A stretch of DNA of 64,000 nt from an uncultured Bacteroidaceae bacterium (GTDB lineage: Bacteria; Bacteroidota; Bacteroidia; Bacteroidales; Bacteroidaceae). Made by a program: the position numbers and the translations under genes. Within the stretch, counting starts at the first letter, position 1, and each line of letters begins with the position of its first letter. The DNA is taken from positions 4,434-68,433 of the forward strand of contig CAJOJD010000003.1 of NCBI GenBank assembly GCA_905234745.1. The letters are read 5' to 3'. This document shows positions 57,960 through 64,000 of this stretch, piece after piece. The notes beneath the pieces were generated by a model, which was not told the origin of the DNA, did not search any database, and was given only the letters and a program-made list of their open reading frames with translations.

Positions 57960-59651
57960 ATGATAGATCACTACGACAGATCCGACAACGTCTTCACCGA
58001 GAAGAACCTGAATGCTTACATAGCCGGTTCCATAATCAAGAACTGGGACCTTGAGGCATTTACAGACTATAAAGGCGCTACCCTGCTCTACCGCGACGTA
58101 GCCCGCCGTGTTGCCAAGCTGCACATACTGTTTGACGAGGCCGGTCTGAAACCCGGTGACCGCATTGCTCTGTGCGGCAAGAACAGCTCCAACTGGGGCA
58201 CCGCCTGCATAGCAGCACTCACATACGGCGCTGTAGTGGTTCCTATCCTGCATGAGTTCAAGGCCGATAACATTCACCATATCATAAACCACTCCGAGAC
58301 CAAGCTCTTCTTTGCAGGAGACCAGATCTGGGAGAACCTGAACGAGGCCTCTATGCCCAACGTAGAGGGTATCATCACTCTTGATGAATACCAGCTGGTG
58401 ATTTCACGTAATGAGAAACTCACTTATGCACGCGAGCACCTGAACGAGCTGTTCGGACGCAAATACCCCAAGGAGTTCACCAAGAAGGATGTCAAGTATT
58501 ATGAGACCGGCTTTGATGATATGGCCATGATAAACTACACATCCGGATCGACAGGATTCTCAAAGGGTGTCATGCTGCCCTACCGCTCACTCATAAGCAA
58601 CCATCTGTTTGCCCAGAGAGCCCTGTACGTCATGAAATCAGGCGACAAGGTAATATCCATGCTCCCCATGGCTCACATGTACGGATTCGCATTCGAGTTC
58701 TTCCATGAGTTCCTGGAGGGTTGCCACGTATTCTTCCTGACCCGCCTGCCCAGCCCCAAGATCATATTCCAGGCTCTGGGTGAGATCAAGCCCATGCTTA
58801 TCGTATCAGTACCTCTGGTAATCGAGAAGATCATAAAGAAGAACATACTGCCCAAACTGGAAACTCCGTCCATGAAGCTCCTGCTCAAAGTGCCCATCGT
58901 GAACGACCAGATCAAGAAGAAGGTCTGCGATGAGATGATAAAGGGATTCGGAGGCAACTTCTACGAGGTAATCCTGGGTGGTGCTCCCTTCAATCAGGAA
59001 GTTGAGAGATTCATCTCATCCATACATTTCCCCTACACCGTGGGTTACGGTGCCACTGAGTGCGGTCCTATCATTGCTTATGATGACAAGACCACATTCG
59101 CTCCCGGATCATGCGGCAAGCCTGTTCCAAACATGGAGGTAAAGATCCTGAGTAACGATCCCGAGCATGTACCCGGTGAGATAATCTGCCGCGGCCCCAA
59201 CGTGATGCTTGGTTATTACAAGAACGAGAAACTGACCGAGGAGACCATCGATCCCGAAGGCTGGATGTATACCGGTGACCTGGGTATCATGGACAAGGAC
59301 GGCAACATATTCATAAAAGGCCGCAGCAAGAGCATGATTCTGGGTCCTTCAGGCCAGAACATCTATCCCGAGGAGATTGAGGATCACCTGAACAACATGA
59401 ATCTTGTAAACGAGTCAGTGGTTATCTCTGAGAGTGACAAGCTGGTTGCCCTGGTTTATCCCGACTTTGACGAGGCAATGAAGGCCGGTATGACCGATGA
59501 GCAGATTGCCGAGGTCATGGAGCAGAACCGCCAGGAGCTCAACAACATCCTGCCCGCCTACGAGAAGATCTCACAGATACGCATCTACCATGAGGAGTTT
59601 GAGAAGACTCCTAAGAAGAGTATCAAACGATTCCTCTATCAGAAAGAATAA
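57960..59651 (+). CDS. AMP-dependent synthetase/ligase (long-chain acyl-CoA synthetase-like)
   Basis: 563 aa with YTSGSTGFSKGV, GYGATE, YTGDLG and KGRSK motifs. Confidence 0.85.
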   Translation: MIDHYDRSDNVFTEKNLNAYIAGSIIKNWDLEAFTDYKGATLLYRDVARRVAKLHILFDEAGLKPGDRIALCGKNSSNWGTACIAALTYGAVVVPILHEFKADNIHHIINHSETKLFFAGDQIWENLNEASMPNVEGIITLDEYQLVISRNEKLTYAREHLNELFGRKYPKEFTKKDVKYYETGFDDMAMINYTSGSTGFSKGVMLPYRSLISNHLFAQRALYVMKSGDKVISMLPMAHMYGFAFEFFHEFLEGCHVFFLTRLPSPKIIFQALGEIKPMLIVSVPLVIEKIIKKNILPKLETPSMKLLLKVPIVNDQIKKKVCDEMIKGFGGNFYEVILGGAPFNQEVERFISSIHFPYTVGYGATECGPIIAYDDKTTFAPGSCGKPVPNMEVKILSNDPEHVPGEIICRGPNVMLGYYKNEKLTEETIDPEGWMYTGDLGIMDKDGNIFIKGRSKSMILGPSGQNIYPEEIEDHLNNMNLVNESVVISESDKLVALVYPDFDEAMKAGMTDEQIAEVMEQNRQELNNILPAYEKISQIRIYHEEFEKTPKKSIKRFLYQKE

Positions 59652-59695
59652 AAAAAGAGTACCATTGGGGTCAGACCCCAATGGTACTCTTTTTT
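59651..59695. repeat. REP-like perfect palindrome (22-bp arms around GGGGTC-A-GACCCC); probable bidirectional terminator
   Basis: AAAAAAGAGTACCATTGGGGTC A GACCCCAATGGTACTCTTTTTT. The A-run begins in the TAA of the plus-strand gene and the T-run ends in the stop of lepA. Confidence 0.85.
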
Positions 59696-61475
59696 AATCT
59701 AACTTCAGTACGGCCAGGAAGGCTTTCTGCGGAACCTCCACGTTGCCTATCTGTTTCATACGTTTCTTACCCTTCTTCTGCTTTTCCAGAAGTTTGCGCT
59801 TACGTGATACGTCACCGCCGTAGCACTTGGCGGTTACATCCTTACGCACCTGCTTGATGGTCTCACGTGCAATGATCTTGGAGCCGATAGCGGCCTGTAT
59901 TGCAATGTCAAACTGCTGGCGCGGTATGAGCTCCTTGAGTTTCTCGCACATGCGTCGGCCCAGGTCATAGGCATTATCCACGTGAGTAAGGGTTGACAGA
60001 GCATCTACCGGCTCTCCGTTAAGCAGAATATCCAGCTTGATAAGTTTTGAAGGACGGTATCCTGCGGGATGGTAATCGAATGATGCGTAACCCTTTGATA
60101 TGCTCTTGAGCTTGTCGTAGAAGTCAATCACAATCTCACCCAGAGGCAGCTTGAAGTATATCTCCACACGGTTACCCGCAATGAACTGCTGCTTTACCAG
60201 TTCTCCGCGCTTATCAAGGCACAGAGTCATGATGGGGCCGATGTAATCGGTCGTGGTAATTATCGATGCGTCTATGTAAGGCTCTTCAATATGGTCAATC
60301 AGAGTAAGGTCAGGCATACCGCTGGGGTTGTGCACCTCGGTCGCGTTACCCTGCTTGTCATAAACCATGTAAGATACGTTGGGCACGGTCGTAATAACGC
60401 TCATGTCAAACTCGCGGTCCAGACGCTCCTGCACAATCTCCATGTGGAGCAGTCCCAGGAATCCGCAACGGAATCCGAATCCGAGCGCTGCCGATGACTC
60501 AGGGAAGAAACTCAGCGAAGCATCGTTCAGCTGCAGTTTTTCAAGCGATGCACGCAGGTCCTCAAACTCATCGGCCTCAATGGGATAAACGCCGGCGAAC
60601 ACCATCGGCTTGGACTCCTCGAATCCGGCAATGGCGCTGCTGCAGGGACGGGCAACGTGGGTAATGGTATCGCCCACCTTGACCTCGGTCGATGTCTTGA
60701 TTCCGGATATGATGTAGCCCACATCACCTGTAGTCATCACGTCACGCGGCACCATATCCATTCGGAGCACGCCTACCTCATCGGCATCATACTCCTTGCC
60801 GGTATTGAAGAACTTTACCTTGTCACCCTTGCGGATTGAGCCGTTCTCTATCTTGAAATATGCTATGATTCCGCGGAAAGAATTAAATACGGAATCAAAG
60901 ATAAGTGCCTGGAGCGGGGCATCGGGATCACCTACCGGATGCGGGATGCGCTCCACGATTGCGTTCAGGATATCCTCAACACCCATTCCCGTACGGGCCG
61001 ATGCGCGGATAATCTCCTCACGCTTGCAGCCCAGAAGTTCGATTATCTCATCCTCAACCTCATCGGGCATGGCGCTCTGCATATCGCACTTGTTTATGAC
61101 CGGGATGATCTCCAGGTCATGGTCAATGGCCATGTAGAGGTTGCTGATGGTCTGGGCCTGGACGCCCTGAGTGGCATCGACCACCAGGATTGCACCCTCG
61201 CAAGCGGCGATTGATCGGCTTACCTCATATGAGAAATCCACGTGTCCCGGAGTGTCAATAAGGTTCAGGATGTATTTCTGACCCTTGTACTCATACTCCA
61301 TCTGTATGGCGTGGCTCTTGATTGTGATGCCGCGCTCCTTCTCCAGGTCCATGTCGTCAAGCATCTGTCCCTCGGTGATGTTTATGGTATGAGTATACTC
61401 CAGCAAGCGGTCAGCCAATGTTGACTTACCGTGATCAATATGAGCAATTATGCAAAAGTTGCGGATGTTCTCCAT
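59694..61475 (-). CDS. lepA: Translation elongation factor 4
   Basis: 593 aa with [18 protein letters not shown] and DTPGHVDF. The overall pattern is LepA-specific. Confidence 0.95.
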   Translation of the reverse strand: MENIRNFCIIAHIDHGKSTLADRLLEYTHTINITEGQMLDDMDLEKERGITIKSHAIQMEYEYKGQKYILNLIDTPGHVDFSYEVSRSIAACEGAILVVDATQGVQAQTISNLYMAIDHDLEIIPVINKCDMQSAMPDEVEDEIIELLGCKREEIIRASARTGMGVEDILNAIVERIPHPVGDPDAPLQALIFDSVFNSFRGIIAYFKIENGSIRKGDKVKFFNTGKEYDADEVGVLRMDMVPRDVMTTGDVGYIISGIKTSTEVKVGDTITHVARPCSSAIAGFEESKPMVFAGVYPIEADEFEDLRASLEKLQLNDASLSFFPESSAALGFGFRCGFLGLLHMEIVQERLDREFDMSVITTVPNVSYMVYDKQGNATEVHNPSGMPDLTLIDHIEEPYIDASIITTTDYIGPIMTLCLDKRGELVKQQFIAGNRVEIYFKLPLGEIVIDFYDKLKSISKGYASFDYHPAGYRPSKLIKLDILLNGEPVDALSTLTHVDNAYDLGRRMCEKLKELIPRQQFDIAIQAAIGSKIIARETIKQVRKDVTAKCYGGDVSRKRKLLEKQKKGKKRMKQIGNVEVPQKAFLAVLKLD

Positions 61476-61494
61476 AGGGGGTGTTTTTACGCCG

Positions 61495-61502
61495 CAAAAT
61501 TA
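61495..61502 (-). promoter_or_regulatory. Candidate -7 box (TAATTTTG on minus strand) for lepA
   Basis: Plus-strand CAAAATTA lies 19 nt upstream of the ATG at 61475. Confidence 0.35.
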
Positions 61503-61506
61503 ATAA

Positions 61507-61547
61507 AAAAATGGCACATTGGGGTCAGACCCTTCTGTGCCATTTTT
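61507..61547. repeat. Degenerate REP-like palindrome with GGGTCAGACCC core; probable terminator of the 61561..63087 gene
   Basis: AAAAATGGCACA/TGTGCCATTTTT outer arms, an internal 2-3-nt mismatch and a central GGGTC-A-GACCC. It shares CATTGGGGTCAGACCC with the 59651 element. Confidence 0.7.
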
Positions 61548-61560
61548 GCAAACAAGGCAA

Positions 61561-63087
61561 TCAGAGTTGGACTACTGTGGCTTTGGGAACCTGACGCAGG
61601 ATATCGGCCTTCTGCTCGTCGGTCATGGGGGCCTTGATGGTCAGGCTCTCCATTTTATTTTTACGGTACCATTCGCCCAGGTCCTGCGGAACGGTTATGG
61701 GCTTTAGAGAGAGGAACACATTATTCTTATAGTGTAGTTCATTAGGATGTTTAACTAACATCGGGACATCAGGAAATCCTATGTAATACCATGTATCGGT
61801 AGAGCCAAATACTGAATAAATATCGGTCATGGTAATCCACTTCTTTCCGTCACCGTACTCATTCAGGAACTCCACCTCACGGGGTTCCAGTTTACCCATA
61901 TCCAGGCCGGAACCAATCTTTTCACGCATCATCCAGCTCATGACGGGTTTGAGCGAATGGTTTTCCCAATCCATCTCCATACCGATGAATCCGGCCCAAA
62001 GTTCAAGATTATGGGTTTCCTCATGATCGGGCCAGGTCATGACGTACTTGACATCGACCTTCTTTATCTCCGAGCAGACCTTTGTGTTGTGGGTAACGAT
62101 ACTTGGAGTGCGTACCACATGAAGCGGGCCTTCAAACCCGTTCTCTTCTTCACAGTACGGGAAAAATACCGTAAACCAACCGTTGTATTGCGCAGGAACT
62201 GTGCGGGGACCGCCGCAACCACCACTGCCGGCTCTGGCCGGAGAATATTGCTGAACCATATCAAGCCAGAACTTACGGTTTATATCTCCCTGGGATGCAT
62301 TCACGAACTCGTCAAGAACGGGTTCCAGTTTCTCACGCCACCATCCCAGTTCCAGAACATCAAGTCTCTTGATGCGCGAACGTATCTCCTTCCAGTCATC
62401 GGGAGTACCCAGCAGAGTGATATCCGGAATACCGCATCCCATTAAATGAACTACATATTTAAAGTATTTCTTGACGCTCTCCATCATGGTTATCTGTGAT
62501 GTAATGCGTTCAACCGTACCCGTTGTGCTGAAATTGCAGACCATCAGGTCAGAGAACCGTGCATTCATATTCCTGTCTATAGAGTCGCTGAATGCCTGTA
62601 TTATCCAGTTCCAGTCCTCCTCATGCTCAAACACATCCCTTAAGGTCGTTACAACAAGCTCTTTCTGACCATCAAAATCCACCAGACGGTCACGCAGATC
62701 CTCGGCATTATGATTTATATGAGTCGATATTCCCTGACTGATAAGCAGCCATATCATATCGGGCGACAGGACCAACGAGTAATGATTGTCAAAAGCTGTG
62801 AGGAAACCTTCAAAGCAGGCGTTGCGATCAAAGCATACAAGTTTAGTGTCACCTGCGCTGTGAGTCTTGATATTTGCGTTCGATGATGATATCCCGGATT
62901 CGCTGAGTATCTTTTCCCAGCACTGCTTTCCCGATATCTGAGTCAAAGGTATTTCGGGTGCATCCTTGTCTTCAATATGGAACTTAATTCCACCGTTCTC
63001 TAACCTTGTTACTTGCTCGTTGTTTTTTTTGGCAAATGCCACATTTACACATATAAGTGAAATGATGATAATGACTAGCTTTTTCAT
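61561..63087 (-). CDS. Secreted DUF4419-like protein
   Basis: 508 aa with a signal peptide. The segment AFDNHYSLVLSPDMIWLLISQGISTHINHNAEDLRDRLVDFDGQKELVV matches my recollection of the DUF4419 signature. Function is unknown. Confidence 0.45.
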   Translation of the reverse strand: MKKLVIIIISLICVNVAFAKKNNEQVTRLENGGIKFHIEDKDAPEIPLTQISGKQCWEKILSESGISSSNANIKTHSAGDTKLVCFDRNACFEGFLTAFDNHYSLVLSPDMIWLLISQGISTHINHNAEDLRDRLVDFDGQKELVVTTLRDVFEHEEDWNWIIQAFSDSIDRNMNARFSDLMVCNFSTTGTVERITSQITMMESVKKYFKYVVHLMGCGIPDITLLGTPDDWKEIRSRIKRLDVLELGWWREKLEPVLDEFVNASQGDINRKFWLDMVQQYSPARAGSGGCGGPRTVPAQYNGWFTVFFPYCEEENGFEGPLHVVRTPSIVTHNTKVCSEIKKVDVKYVMTWPDHEETHNLELWAGFIGMEMDWENHSLKPVMSWMMREKIGSGLDMGKLEPREVEFLNEYGDGKKWITMTDIYSVFGSTDTWYYIGFPDVPMLVKHPNELHYKNNVFLSLKPITVPQDLGEWYRKNKMESLTIKAPMTDEQKADILRQVPKATVVQL

Positions 63088-63118
63088 ATCGTTGTCGGTT
63101 TTTTGTTTGTTCTGCCGA

Positions 63119-63126
63119 CAAAGTTA
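63119..63126 (-). promoter_or_regulatory. Candidate -7 box (TAACTTTG on minus strand)
   Basis: Plus-strand CAAAGTTA lies 31 nt upstream of the ATG at 63087. Confidence 0.35.
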
Positions 63127-63156
63127 GAGTGGCTCTCAACCCACAACAAGAAATAC

Positions 63157-63201
63157 GCGTTGCATTACTGTTGCATTTTTTTTGCAACGTTTTTGCAACG
63201 C
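63157..63201. repeat. Nested inverted repeats of a TGCAAC half-site
   Basis: GCGTTGCA (63157-64), GTTGCA (63170-75), a T8 run, TGCAAC (63183-88) and TGCAACGC (63194-63201). Confidence 0.7.
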
Positions 63202-63270
63202 ACACAATAGGGTCAGACCCCTTTGTGTCATTTGAAAATGACACAAAGGGGTCTGACCCTATTGTGTGCG
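63199..63270. repeat. Long REP-like hairpin (about 35-bp arms, two GGGTCNGACCC cores)
   Basis: CGCACACAATAGGGTCAGACCCCTTTGTGTCATTT pairs with AAATGACACAAAGGGGTCTGACCCTATTGTGTGCG. It starts 2 nt after the stop of the uxuB-like gene. Confidence 0.85.
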
Positions 63271-63272
63271 CC

Positions 63273-64000
63273 TTAGCGGGCTTGGACGTACTTGTGCAGG
63301 GTCTTGCGAACGGCGCCGGGACCGGCGTAGAGTTCCTTGACCATACCCTCTATGCGCTCGCCAAGGCCTGCCTCATACAGGTCAACGGCAAATACATCCT
63401 TGCGGCTGTAGAGCTTCTTTAGGCATGAGTAGTCCTGATCAGGTTTGCCAACCTCAAGGGGAGCTACGATTGCCTGCATTTCGGCCAGCAGCGGATCTGG
63501 TGAAGGATCAAACGGTGTGCCGTCATCCTTTATGCCCTTGAGATAGCGTGCCCAGCCGGCAAGTGCCAGAGGTATGAGCACCAGGTTATCCATGTCAAGG
63601 CCACGTGCTATGTATTTCTTTATGGTCTCACCAAAACGGATTGGAATCTTCTGGCTGGTATCGCATGCTATGCGTTGAGGTGCATCGGGCATGAACGGGT
63701 TGGGCAGACGGCGGTTGATTACGGCGCCGATGAACTCATACGGGTTCAGGATTCCGGGATCAACCACTACCGGCATGGCCTCCATGTAACCCATCTTCTG
63801 GATGAAGGGACGGATATCCTCATCGGCCATCTCGGCACTGATAAGGGTGTAGCCCAGCATGCAGCCGTAGATGGCCATTGCGGTATGCAAGGGGTTGAGG
63901 CAGGTGGTTACCTTCATGGTCTCAACCTTATCCACAGTTTCACGTGTGGTGTAGAGGGCACCGCCCAAATCCAACGGTGGACGGCCGTTCGTGTAGTTGT
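63273..64000 (-). CDS. Mannitol-dehydrogenase-family oxidoreductase (UxuB/UxaB-like), C-terminal part; 5' end beyond window
   Basis: The reading frame stays open to the window edge. The sequence ...LNPLHTAMAIYGCMLGY...RLPNPFMPDAPQRIACDTSQKIPIRFGETI... is typical of the Mannitol_dh_C domain. Confidence 0.7.
   Translation of the reverse strand, partial: NYTNGRPPLDLGGALYTTRETVDKVETMKVTTCLNPLHTAMAIYGCMLGYTLISAEMADEDIRPFIQKMGYMEAMPVVVDPGILNPYEFIGAVINRRLPNPFMPDAPQRIACDTSQKIPIRFGETIKKYIARGLDMDNLVLIPLALAGWARYLKGIKDDGTPFDPSPDPLLAEMQAIVAPLEVGKPDQDYSCLKKLYSRKDVFAVDLYEAGLGERIEGMVKELYAGPGAVRKTLHKYVQAR

Noticed and set aside
63129-63422. Plus-strand ORF 63129..63422 spanning the repeat region
   Set aside because: It runs through the palindromic repeats and antisense into the uxuB-like gene, with no start context or motifs.
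1-64000. CRISPR arrays, transposases, integrases, prophage genes, restriction-modification or other recognisable defence cassettes
   Set aside because: I scanned both strands and the ORF translations. I saw no regularly spaced repeats and no protein with the corresponding signatures. The only defence-like candidate is the synthetase/hydrolase pair reported in findings.

Overview
The window looks like a contiguous stretch of a Bacteroidota (Bacteroidales-type) chromosome. This is inferred from gene content, the ileS-dksA-lspA-DUF4296 arrangement, many lipoprotein and OMP signals, and repeated TAnnTTTG -7 boxes just upstream of starts. I saw no transposase, integrase, phage gene or CRISPR array.

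Most of the window is housekeeping. This includes kdsB (partial), PBP1A, pyrBI, glyA, pdxB, uxaE-like/uxaC, tRNA-Lys(CTT), a BamA/TamA-like OMP, trmH, lspA, dksA-like, ileS, hisH-A-F-IE, ftsE-like, lysC, lysA, rmuC, a LolE-like permease, a GH2 enzyme, yggS, an acyl-CoA ligase, lepA and uxuB-like (partial).

Three parts stand out.

1. At 41.4-49.7 kb, eight genes are packed tightly enough to be one operon. They encode an orphan NMT1-type binding protein, a Cache-HAMP-PP2C phosphatase fused to an RsbW-like kinase, a K+/H+ antiporter and a STAS antagonist. These are followed by a monofunctional RelA/SpoT-type synthetase, an HD-type small alarmone hydrolase, an APH-like kinase and a secreted protein. 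No sigma factor is present. This is my best candidate for an undescribed signalling system, with a toxSAS-like module as an alternative reading.

2. At 6.5-16.2 kb lies a signalling island. It holds a fimbrillin-like lipoprotein, a polytopic membrane AraC regulator and two stand-alone receiver proteins. These converge on an operon of two tandem paralogous histidine kinases with binding-protein-like sensor domains, a helical-repeat membrane protein and a small membrane protein.

3. A family of palindromic REP-like elements is built on a GGGTCNGACCC core and sits at four gene 3' ends. One of them supplies the last codons and the stop codon of lysA.

Smaller oddities are an apparent 7-residue in-frame gap in GlyA, a 50-aa basic/acidic peptide ORF upstream of a lipoprotein plus Kelch-TM-AraC pair, a nested TGCAAC inverted-repeat array, and several probable leaderless starts.

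All domain calls come from reading motifs by eye. No database search was run.
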